Shown: piece by piece, positions 8,716 through 17,186 of the stretch
Layout: each line of letters begins with the position of its first letter
Numbering within the stretch: the first letter of the stretch is position 1
NCBI GenBank assembly: GCA_045579105.1
Contig: JAZNLM010000004.1
Coordinates: 1-49,038, forward strand
Direction of reading: 5' to 3'
DNA length: 49,038 nt
From: Candidatus Flemingiibacterium sp.
GTDB lineage: Bacteria; Bacillota; Clostridia; Oscillospirales; CAG-272
Position numbers and translations under genes: made by a program
The notes under the pieces: model-generated
What the model was told of the DNA's origin: nothing
Databases searched by the model: none
The model's input: only the letters and a program-made list of their open reading frames with translations

Positions 8716-9584
8716 TACTCATCGCCACCATCCTGTACCTGCATTTTTTGGTAAGCTTCCATGCGATATTTTATGTAATCGCGTTTGTAATATCTTCGCT
8801 TGTAACGATATTTATACTTATTTTTTGATTTATACCCGGAATTTTGCTTGCCGTCCAACGGCATATATGCCTCTGGAATTACTGCAAGTATAGGCAAATT
8901 AAATCTATGTTTTAAGTACTCGACATCGCGCACTGTATTGTTTAATAGGTCTTGTATAATAATTAGTCCGCAACTCACCACTGCTCCTATGAGCAAACCT
9001 AAGATTCCATACCTCGCATTTGGCGGCGACGAAGGTGCCGCCGGTCGAACTGCGCGATCAACCAGTCTAACCGAGCTTCCGTCAACCACATCAGCTATTC
9101 TGTCTGGAAGTATCTCAACAAGCGTATCAACGATAAGCAACGCATCATCCCGATCTGCGCAGGTAGCGCTTATTTTGAATATATCCGTATTGTCGACAGA
9201 AGATGCAGAAATGATACTTTTGAGCTGTTGATATGTATACTCTCCTTCGAGGTTTGCCTTTTCTATCGCCGCTTCAAGGGTGGTTCTAGTCTTAAGAATT
9301 ACCACATACGTGTTAAGAAGGCTCTTGGCCGCAGAAATCTGCCCGGAGCTTATAGTTATCGGTACATCCCCCACCTTTGCAGCGCTGTTGTTTACATAAA
9401 GCATCGCAGTAGCTGTATAAGTCGGTGTAATCGTAAATGTTGATGTCACAAACGCAATCGCTCCGCAAAGCGCCATTGATATCAGTATCAACCACAACTT
9501 GCTTATAAGCAATCGGATCAGGTCTAATATATTTATCTCCGCAATGCTGCCATCAATTATTTCATTCATTGAATTTCGGTTCAT
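8715..9584 (-). CDS. cpsC: CpsC/YveK (Wzz/Etk N-terminal) polysaccharide copolymerase
   Basis: EINILDL, two TMs, PTYTATAMLYV, P..PSSP, LPILAVIP; Tyr/Lys/Arg-rich tail. Confidence 0.88.
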   Translation of the reverse strand: MNRNSMNEIIDGSIAEINILDLIRLLISKLWLILISMALCGAIAFVTSTFTITPTYTATAMLYVNNSAAKVGDVPITISSGQISAAKSLLNTYVVILKTRTTLEAAIEKANLEGEYTYQQLKSIISASSVDNTDIFKISATCADRDDALLIVDTLVEILPDRIADVVDGSSVRLVDRAVRPAAPSSPPNARYGILGLLIGAVVSCGLIIIQDLLNNTVRDVEYLKHRFNLPILAVIPEAYMPLDGKQNSGYKSKNKYKYRYKRRYYKRDYIKYRMEAYQKMQVQDGGDE

Positions 9585-9610
9585 TGTTTATCCCCCCTGT
9601 GTCTACCTTT

Positions 9611-10090
9611 CTAATCATTTGGAGCTATATGCTTTAATATATGCTTTAATTTGAAGATTACCTTGTGACACAGATGACGCACACCTCGACTGTTATGCCA
9701 AAACCTACAATAAAGCTTATATGTAAAGGAAGATGTGGAAATTGTTTTTCCTTCTCTTGAAAAGGCGATCGCGACGGCTATTATCTGATCATGACGCACT
9801 CCGTGCTCAAGTTTAAACTGTCTGTCACCTATACAAGAATATGTTTCACCGACATTTACCACGCGATGGAGAACATACTGTCCGTCGTCGCGCACATAGA
9901 GCGGAAGATCATATTTCTTTAATTGTTTCGGGGGAGCCGAGAGTGTTACCGTATCCTTGCCTTGTCTAAGCATCGGAAGCATACTGATACCACGCGGATA
10001 AAACTCCACCGTTCCACCTGATGCTATCTGCTCTCGTATGAGCGGCATTAGCGCATCAAGCGCTATATTTTTATTCGTTGATAAAGCCAT
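9611..10090 (-). CDS. S24/S26-family peptidase (RiPP-cassette type)
   Basis: GISMLPML (Ser), YVLHRV (His), CIGD; probable start MALSTN at 10090 overlapping the PqqD gene end. Confidence 0.8.
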   Translation of the reverse strand: MALSTNKNIALDALMPLIREQIASGGTVEFYPRGISMLPMLRQGKDTVTLSAPPKQLKKYDLPLYVRDDGQYVLHRVVNVGETYSCIGDRQFKLEHGVRHDQIIAVAIAFSREGKTISTSSFTYKLYCRFWHNSRGVRHLCHKVIFKLKHILKHIAPND

Positions 10091-10334
10091 GTTTTTTAAG
10101 ACTTTCCACAAATTTTTCGACAGCCGCTCTTGCAGTATCCGCGTCAACATCGTATTCAGAAGTAAGCGCGGTAACAAGACCATCTACATCTGTCTCCTCA
10201 CCGAGAGCCATCCACAGCGTCTTTCCTGTATCATTAAGAGTTATCATGCCGTTAAAATTAAGGTCTGCTCCAACGGGTACAACCACACACGAGCCAGCAA
10301 CATCTCTCAAAACAAATCCATCCTTGATCTTCAT
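10071..10334 (-). CDS. PqqD family / RiPP recognition element protein
   Basis: 87 aa; FVLRDVAG..VVVP, ITLNDTG..LW, L..EYDVD, FVESL...G.I. Confidence 0.9.
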   Translation of the reverse strand: MKIKDGFVLRDVAGSCVVVPVGADLNFNGMITLNDTGKTLWMALGEETDVDGLVTALTSEYDVDADTARAAVEKFVESLKKHGFINE

Positions 10335-10365
10335 AATTATACCAATTCCTTTCGCTGATGTACAT

Positions 10366-11079
10366 TTATTTTTTAGCCTGTGACATTACCTTATGTGAAA
10401 GTATGGCCGCTTGGGGATCCATATTACATTCCATACGCCACACCGGCACCTTTTCAAGCAACTTGTCAATCAGTTCAAGCATATTCATCATACGCTGAGG
10501 CTCCCTCGGGCGTGCAGTCTGTTCAAGTATAGCATGCGCAGCCTTAGGACCACCGAACGTCTCTATCTTGTTTTCTTGACCGCGGCTAAGCACACAAATT
10601 CCGCCGAGCTGCACTTTGATATTAGAGCTGATATCATGCTTTCCGCTCCAGGGGGTTCCATAAGCATACCACTGTCCTTCAACAAGACGGATGGCGGGCT
10701 TGTCATCGTTGAGCATTTTAACTTTATCTTCACCGAAGACCTTTTGCCACAGTTTCGTATGCGTTGATTTTCCCGTACCACAGGGTGCGGAAAAGAGATA
10801 CGCCTTACCATCCATCACAACAGCGGACGCATGAATCATCATACCGTCATGGTCTATAAGTTGGCGGTAAAACGAACCACCGGTGGTCAGATACTCGCAA
10901 TCCTCATCTGATAGATGCGGTGCGGTCTTTTTCAAAGATTGGTAATCTGAAGCTATTTGTATGTCTGGAACTATTCCATCAGCAGCATCATCTATAAGAT
11001 AAGGTTTAGCCTGCTCGACGATACGTCCGAAAGAATTCATCGCGACTACAAGATCTGCGATACGGTAATATTGTGTCAT
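10366..11079 (-). CDS. HPr-kinase-like P-loop kinase (PadeK/ScmC-like)
   Basis: IHASAV, FSAPCGTGKSTH Walker A, LNDD, YGTPWSGK. Confidence 0.85.
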   Translation of the reverse strand: MTQYYRIADLVVAMNSFGRIVEQAKPYLIDDAADGIVPDIQIASDYQSLKKTAPHLSDEDCEYLTTGGSFYRQLIDHDGMMIHASAVVMDGKAYLFSAPCGTGKSTHTKLWQKVFGEDKVKMLNDDKPAIRLVEGQWYAYGTPWSGKHDISSNIKVQLGGICVLSRGQENKIETFGGPKAAHAILEQTARPREPQRMMNMLELIDKLLEKVPVWRMECNMDPQAAILSHKVMSQAKK

Positions 11080-11210
11080 TGATGTATAACCTTCGTTTTA
11101 TATTATTCGGATTACGTGATAACTATCAGAAATCTCTACTTTTTAGTCATCATACATAATATTTTCCGGTTGGGAGTGGTGTCCTCTGGTTCATAATATT
11201 TATTGCAATA

Positions 11211-11285
11211 TCATCCGCCGTTCAAACCGCATTTCAGGCGCGTCGGATGGATATAATACGAGTCATATGAACTTAAAATGGGCAT
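11211..11285 (-). CDS. possible 24-aa small ORF (candidate precursor/leader peptide)
   Basis: MPILSSYDSYYIHPTRLKCGLNGG after GGTGG, between the promoter and the kinase gene. Confidence 0.2.
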   Translation of the reverse strand: MPILSSYDSYYIHPTRLKCGLNGG

Positions 11286-11315
11286 AAATCCACCAACCTA
11301 TGTTTCCACTTATAT

Positions 11316-11344
11316 ATTATAGCATATAAAAAGAGGAATTGGAA
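11316..11344 (-). promoter_or_regulatory. sigmaA promoter for kinase-RRE-EPS operon
   Basis: TTCCAA-N17-TATAAT with TG extension. Confidence 0.55.
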
Positions 11345-11729
11345 GCGATTTGTTAAAAAAAACATCCAAAATATTAACCAATTTTTTTGTTCACAATTTG
11401 TGCAATAAGCACTATTATTTGATTTTAACTGTCGCAATTTATTTAACCGTAGTAAATCATTTAACTGTCGTAAAATCAAGTAAAAAAGCCAGCTTGTGAA
11501 AAAATGTATTTTGAGGGATATTAGCAAAAGTAGTTAGGTGGTTGTACGTGCTCCACCGGTCATCCAAGGAAAGATCATGATATCCACCTGTAGGTTAAGC
11601 GAAATTATTTCGGAAGAAGCTCTCCCCCAAAAAAAATATAATCTCACACGCAAAAACAACCTCTCTAACGAGAAGCTGTTTTACCGGAATTTACATGTTT
11701 TTATTCTTACAAAAAATTGAAATCAAGTA

Positions 11730-12200
11730 CTACGAAATTAAGTATTCGCTGATACCCGAATCTCGGCAATACTTTGCAAAGTGAGTGAAGAGATAAATCA
11801 TCTCGTCCTCGGCGCTCATTTTATGCTCAAGTGAAGCGTTTGAAACCGTTTTTGCAAGCTGCCAACCCTCTCCGGAATATGCGTAATAATCCCTGTTGTA
11901 CGACGGTATAAGTCTGTCGTGGAGCTCGATATGGGTAGAGCCCTTCTGCCAATTATATTCGTGGTCGCTCTCAACACCTTCTGTGTATCCGAGGGAAATC
12001 ATAAGCGGACGTATACGGTCATCGGTAGTCTGCCGTTCTCCGACAAGTATCTCGCGGCGCACGCGTGCAAACGCTTGGCGCATAGCTTCACACGTATTAT
12101 CGACGCTGCAGTTCAGCGCGTCATAGTAGGCAAGTGCAGTCGCGCCGTGTGCTTTGGCGGCAGCAAACTAAGAGGAAGCAGGTGCGCGTGAGTGTCGGTC
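11730..12200 (-). pseudogene. nucleotidyltransferase (NTP_transf_5/PadeN-like) pseudogene
   Basis: AKAHGATALAYY N-terminal part joined to IRPLM.SLGY..ESDHEY.W..IELH.RL..YLFTHFAK; central LKG/GD.DIL catalytic segment and C-terminus missing; start approximate. Confidence 0.7.
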
Positions 12201-12238
12201 ATGTACGCATCCACCAAAAAAGCAATAATACTCTTGGA

Positions 12239-12266
12239 ATTATAGCATATTTTTTGCGATTTTCAA
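12239..12266 (-). promoter_or_regulatory. sigmaA promoter (leftward)
   Basis: TTGAAA-N16-TATAAT with TG extension. Confidence 0.6.
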
Positions 12267-12319
12267 TAGTTTTTTTAATAAAATTTTTATTTTTTTGCAC
12301 TTTAAGCGCAAAACAATAC

Positions 12320-12348
12320 TTGACATAGGCATTCCGGTGTGATATAAT
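12320..12348 (+). promoter_or_regulatory. consensus sigmaA promoter (rightward)
   Basis: TTGACA-N17-TATAAT with TG extension. Confidence 0.8.
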
Positions 12349-12516
12349 AATATGGTAAAATTGTATATTATTTCTACAGTTTCAAAAGCTATAAAAGTCG
12401 GGCAATAGTGCATAACGAACCTCTTTACAAAGAAAAATCATCCCTCGACAATGTACTCAAAAGTTAAAACATTACCATATTAGCCCGGATACGAAAAATC
12501 ATACGGAGTATTTTTA

Positions 12517-12863
12517 ATAACAGTGTAAGTTCTTATAACAACGATGTATCAAACGGATACATCCAAATATATCGAAATAAATTTGCAAACCAATGCAGTT
12601 ATATCAAACCGAACGGAAAGGTGTGCCTTTAAAAACATGATTTTGATGGCAACCGTTTCCGTTTCCCAATAACAGATACAACATGATCAAGCATCAACAA
12701 AAACATATCACCTACACACTCCAATACGGATATAATTGTGTTTGCTGATGATGTCATTAAGTTCATCGACGTCTACGGAAAAGTAATCGTAGAGGCACTT
12801 GAAGCTATCCCGGATGCAGATACGATAAAATTTTACAGTAAACGGATCGTCCCCCAGAAATAG
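12517..12863 (+). pseudogene. GT2/GT-A glycosyltransferase remnant
   Basis: VLITTMYQTD..INLQTNAVISN and DIIVFADDVIKF..PDADTIKF fragments; start codon lost (ATA) and in-frame TAA at 12526. Confidence 0.65.
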
Positions 12864-12899
12864 CCCTTTCTACAAGCATCCCAACTCCTGCCGCAAAGC

Positions 12900-13300
12900 C
12901 TCAAAATTGAGTTTAACACCCGTTACATCAACATAATGTGTTCGCACGGCTCGTCTATTCCGCCTTGGTTTGACAAAATTAAAGCAGCCCCTTCTTTCAA
13001 TCACCGATGGCACAATGACGCGCGTCATTATGTCGCCGACGGGGCGGTTGATCTCGTATTGTTTGCATTTGAACACGGCAACTTGAGCAACATTCTCGTT
13101 CAAAAAGCGCCGCCTGTACAATACAGCCATAGGCTGAAGCAGTATGTGATCCGTTCAAATATGATAAATCCAACATAAAGGTTATCTGTGTCCGTCACAG
13201 CGAAAAGATGGTGGGACTCTGAAAACAGATCGTTTTTAGGCACGAAGTTTTGAGCCTTTCGCACCACAGGTGCGAACTCCTTTACGAAAACCATCACAGA
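12900..13300 (+). pseudogene. CapE/FnlA dehydratase remnant (possibly with a CapF tail)
   Basis: TRYINIMCSHGS, AVDLVLFAFEHG..ILVQKAP, VICVRHSEKM resemble the CapE C-terminal half, with frameshifts; lies just before capG. Confidence 0.7.
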
Positions 13301-13337
13301 CCTTATATAATCATTTTAGAAAGGAATAATCGTATTT

Positions 13338-14522
13338 ATGAACATAAAGCTCGATTACACCGATATAAAATTCAGAAACGACGGCAGACTTAAGCTACTT
13401 ATAATCGTGGGTACACGTCCCGAGATAATCCGCCTTTCGGCCGTTATAAACAAGTGCCGTACATATTTTGACACTATCCTCGCACACACCGGTCAAAACT
13501 ATGACTATAACTTAAACGGCGTGTTTTTCAAGGATCTGAAGCTTGACGCGCCCGAGGTATATATGGACGCGGTCGGCGACGACCTAGGGGCAACTGTGGG
13601 CAACATCATTAACTGCTCGTACAAGCTTATGAGCCAGATTCATCCCGATGCGCTTCTTATTCTCGGTGACACCAACTCCTGTCTTTCCGCTATTGCTGCA
13701 AAAAGACTGCACATTCCGATATTCCATATGGAAGCCCGCAACCGTTGCAAGGATGAATGTCTGCCCGAGGAAACCAATCGTCGTATTGTCGACATAATCT
13801 CAGACGTTAACCTCGCATACTCCGAGCACGCGCGTAAGTATCTCCATGAATGCGGCCTTCCCAAGGAGCGTACGTACGTTACCGGCTCACCTATGGCGGA
13901 GGTACTTCACGCTAATCTTGACGAGATAAAAGCAAGCGATATTCTCACTCGCCTCGGACTTGAGAAGAAGCAATACATTCTTCTCTCCGCGCACCGTGAG
14001 GAAAACATCGACACCGAAAAGAATTTCACAAGTCTTTTCACAGCTATCAATAAGATGGCGGAAAAGTACGACATGCCAATCCTTTATTCCTGCCATCCGC
14101 GCTCGAAGAACCGTCTTGCGGCAAGCGGATTTGTGCTTGATAAGCGCGTGTTTTGCCACGAGCCACTCGGCTTTCACGATTATAACGCGCTTCAAATGAA
14201 CGCGTTTGCTGTAGTTTCCGACAGCGGCACACTTCCAGAGGAAAGCTCATTCTTCACAAGCGTGGGCAATCCCTTCCCTGCAGTATGTATACGCACATCC
14301 ACAGAGCGCCCGGAAGCGCTCGATAAGGCCTGCTTCGTTCTCGCAGGCATCGATGAGGATAGTCTTCTACGTGCTCTTGAATGTGCCGTTTTAATGAACG
14401 AGAATGGCGAGTACGGTATACCTGTCCCTGATTACATTGAGGAAAATGTTTCGACTAAGGTCGTTAAGATAATCCAATCTTACACAGGTGTCGTTAACAA
14501 AATGGTTTGGAGAAAATTCTGA
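13338..14522 (+). CDS. capG: UDP-N-acetylhexosamine 2-epimerase, CapG/FnlC type
   Basis: GTRPEIIRL, HTGQNYDY, LGDTNS, PEETNR, HREEN, SDSGTLPEE, TERPE. Confidence 0.9.
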   Translation: MNIKLDYTDIKFRNDGRLKLLIIVGTRPEIIRLSAVINKCRTYFDTILAHTGQNYDYNLNGVFFKDLKLDAPEVYMDAVGDDLGATVGNIINCSYKLMSQIHPDALLILGDTNSCLSAIAAKRLHIPIFHMEARNRCKDECLPEETNRRIVDIISDVNLAYSEHARKYLHECGLPKERTYVTGSPMAEVLHANLDEIKASDILTRLGLEKKQYILLSAHREENIDTEKNFTSLFTAINKMAEKYDMPILYSCHPRSKNRLAASGFVLDKRVFCHEPLGFHDYNALQMNAFAVVSDSGTLPEESSFFTSVGNPFPAVCIRTSTERPEALDKACFVLAGIDEDSLLRALECAVLMNENGEYGIPVPDYIEENVSTKVVKIIQSYTGVVNKMVWRKF

Positions 14523-14548
14523 TTTAAGTAACACTAGGAGGCCGGCTT

Positions 14549-15403
14549 ATGGAGCAAGGCGTAAATAAATATCATACACATATAAGCGCAAAGCGCTCGT
14601 GGTTTGACTTAAAGCTACGTGAGCTTTGGCGTTATCGCGACCTTATTTTGCTTTTCACAAAGCGCAATTTTATACTTGTATACAAGCAGACCCTACTCGG
14701 TCCGTCGTGGATACTCTTGCAACCGCTTATGACTACGCTTATTTACGCGTTTGTTTTCGGCGGTATTGCAGGCATTTCCACGGACGGCGCTCCGAAATTG
14801 CTTTTCTATCTGGGCGGCACTGCTCTTTGGGGCTTTTTCTCTGCTTGTCTTACGAAAACTTCAACAACATTTTCAGCCAACGCCCGAATTTTCGGCAGGG
14901 TTTATTTTCCAAGACTTGTCACTCCAATATCAACTGTTTTCTCAGGAGCAATCAATTTTGCCGTTCAGTTTTTACTGTTCACAGGATTTTGGGTGTATTA
15001 CGTAATAGTCGGTGAAGTCATACCGAATTATATCGGGATTATACTCCTTCCATTCATACTTTTGTACCTCGGTGTACTCGGAATGGGACTTGGTCTTATA
15101 ATCACCGCGCTCACAACGAAATACCGTGACCTTGCTATGCTCGTGACCTACGGTGTACAGCTTTGGATGTATGTAACACCTATCGTTTATCCCGCATCAA
15201 CGGTAGCAGGCAGTAAATTATATTCACTGATTATGTTAAACCCAGTCACCTGTGCTGTTGAAACGTTCCGTTGGACGTTCCTCGGCGTTGGTGAGCTTAA
15301 TCTTACGTATTGGCTGATTTCCATTAGTATAACAGCCGTGGTCGCTTTTTTAGGAGTGATAATTTTCAACAGAGTTGAAAAGACGTTTATGGATACGATT
15401 TAG
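14549..15403 (+). CDS. wzm: polysaccharide ABC transporter permease (Wzm/TagG)
   Basis: YKQTLLG..W, RVYFPR, KYRDL, YVTPIVYP, LNP; 6 TMs; RBS AGGAGG. Confidence 0.92.
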   Translation: MEQGVNKYHTHISAKRSWFDLKLRELWRYRDLILLFTKRNFILVYKQTLLGPSWILLQPLMTTLIYAFVFGGIAGISTDGAPKLLFYLGGTALWGFFSACLTKTSTTFSANARIFGRVYFPRLVTPISTVFSGAINFAVQFLLFTGFWVYYVIVGEVIPNYIGIILLPFILLYLGVLGMGLGLIITALTTKYRDLAMLVTYGVQLWMYVTPIVYPASTVAGSKLYSLIMLNPVTCAVETFRWTFLGVGELNLTYWLISISITAVVAFLGVIIFNRVEKTFMDTI

Positions 15404-15420
15404 TACTGAGGCGGAAAGGG

Positions 15421-16251
15421 ATGGTCATATATATGAGCGAAACATCAATAAAAATCCAAGGTATAAAAAAAGAATACCGCCTCGGTCAGATAACCGTAAA
15501 CACTTTGAAGGCTGACCTTCAGTCAAAGTGGGCGAAAATACGAAAAAAAGATGACCCAAACACTAAAATACGGAAAGGTAAGAGCGTTGCACCTACGCGT
15601 TTTATGGCGCTCGACGGTATTGACCTTACGATAAATAAAGGTGAGGTTATCGGTCTTATCGGTGGAAACGGTGCGGGAAAATCCACACTACTAAAAATAC
15701 TTGCGCGCATCACTGCCCCCACCGAAGGTTCTATCGACATATACGGACGAATTTCTTCTATGCTTGAGGTCGGCACAGGCTTTAATACCGAAATGACAGG
15801 ACGAGAGAATATATACTTAAACGGAGCAATTCTCGGTATGACCAAAGCAGAGATTGATTCAAAGCTTGAGGATATCATCGACTTTTCCGAAATACGCGAG
15901 TTTATCGACACTCCTGCAAAGCGCTATTCATCAGGTATGTATGTAAAACTCGCCTTCTCCATTTCAGCACATCTTGACAGCGAGATAATGATAATGGACG
16001 AAGTACTCGCCGTCGGGGATATGGCGTTCCAGAAAAAATGCCTTGATAGGATGTACAGTGCCGCAAAGAGAGATGGACGCACAGTAATTTATGTGTCGCA
16101 CAATATGGATACAATCCGAAATCTTTGCGACAGATGTGTGGTTCTTAGCAAAGGCAAAATAATTTTTGACGGTGACGTTGAAGGCGGTATCGAAGAATAC
16201 ACCAAGATTAACACGAATAAAAACAGCATAAAAAAATCGGCAGAGAGTTAA
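15421..16251 (+). CDS. wzt: polysaccharide ABC transporter ATPase (Wzt/TagH), no C-terminal CBD
   Basis: GGNGAGKSTLLK, GRENI, YSSGM, IMDEVLAVGD, VSH. Confidence 0.92.
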   Translation: MVIYMSETSIKIQGIKKEYRLGQITVNTLKADLQSKWAKIRKKDDPNTKIRKGKSVAPTRFMALDGIDLTINKGEVIGLIGGNGAGKSTLLKILARITAPTEGSIDIYGRISSMLEVGTGFNTEMTGRENIYLNGAILGMTKAEIDSKLEDIIDFSEIREFIDTPAKRYSSGMYVKLAFSISAHLDSEIMIMDEVLAVGDMAFQKKCLDRMYSAAKRDGRTVIYVSHNMDTIRNLCDRCVVLSKGKIIFDGDVEGGIEEYTKINTNKNSIKKSAES

Positions 16252-16272
16252 ATCTCTGCCGATTTATGTTTT
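16231..16272. terminator. bidirectional intrinsic terminator
   Basis: aaatcggcagag...ctctgccgattt flanked by A and T tracts between convergent genes. Confidence 0.8.
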
Positions 16273-16277
16273 TAATT

Positions 16278-16973
16278 TTATTCGTTTTCAGACTTTACGC
16301 TGGGACGCGGACCAAATGCGATTGCAGAGTAAAGAATTGAGAACAGCGCAGTAAGCGGAATCTTTGCAATACAAGCCACTTTGAGAGAGGAGAAGAAAAG
16401 TCTGAATGCACCGTCATATTCGTAAAGACGATACTTAATAGCCTCTACAAGCGTAGCGATAAACGGCCAAATAAATATGAGCGCCACGCAAACGATTATG
16501 TAAATAAGCGGAATAAGGAGAAGCTTGCCGTTCGTCTTAATGGAAATCTCATCAAGCTTTGCTACACTTACGTGGAACTTGAAGCCGCCAAGTGTCCAAA
16601 TATAGGCAAATATTGCTGTGAGTGCATAGATGCAGTTAAGTGCAAATACTGTAAGGGACAAAATCGTGTACGCGGTAAACACAATCGGCCAGGAAACGAG
16701 ATAAAGAATTGCCTGCGTCGCATGCATTACTTCGCCGCGCTCAGCCTTAAGAACATCGTGAATAAACTTTACGGGAATAAACATAAGATTATAAAGGAAT
16801 CCCCAAATATAAAGTCCACACAGAAGAACTGCATCAACAACTATTATGGGAAGCATAAAAATTGCTGTGAAGACTGCAAGCACGGGATTCATCGCCTTGT
16901 ACTTCTTGAGCTTGATCGCCTCTTTAAAAAGCTGTGTTGCGTTTTTGGTATAGTCGTTTTCAAAAAAATTCAT
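16278..16973 (-). CDS. multi-TM membrane protein, unknown function
   Basis: 231 aa hydrophobic ORF, RBS AGGAGG. Confidence 0.75.
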   Translation of the reverse strand: MNFFENDYTKNATQLFKEAIKLKKYKAMNPVLAVFTAIFMLPIIVVDAVLLCGLYIWGFLYNLMFIPVKFIHDVLKAERGEVMHATQAILYLVSWPIVFTAYTILSLTVFALNCIYALTAIFAYIWTLGGFKFHVSVAKLDEISIKTNGKLLLIPLIYIIVCVALIFIWPFIATLVEAIKYRLYEYDGAFRLFFSSLKVACIAKIPLTALFSILYSAIAFGPRPSVKSENE

Positions 16974-17096
16974 GGTAATACCTCCTGAATATTTTATTCA
17001 ACTAAAGTATATCACAAAATTCATACTTTGTCAATATCTTCCCGAAATTCAATTCACAGTTTAAAACAAATTGTGTCTAAATATTTCGATTATTGC

Positions 17097-17125
17097 TTGA
17101 AAACAGTATTTCTTTATGCTATAAT
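17097..17125 (+). promoter_or_regulatory. sigmaA promoter
   Basis: TTGAAA-N17-TATAAT with TG extension. Confidence 0.65.
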
Positions 17126-17186
17126 ACTCTTTGAAGAATTTGCCGTTTACGGCGTTCCAATACACACAGAGGGGGAGAAAAACATT

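Noticed and set aside
9611-12200. Calling the cassette a lasso peptide or PQQ biosynthetic cluster
   Set aside because: No lasso cyclase, transglutaminase-like B2, PqqB/C/E or convincing precursor in the window.
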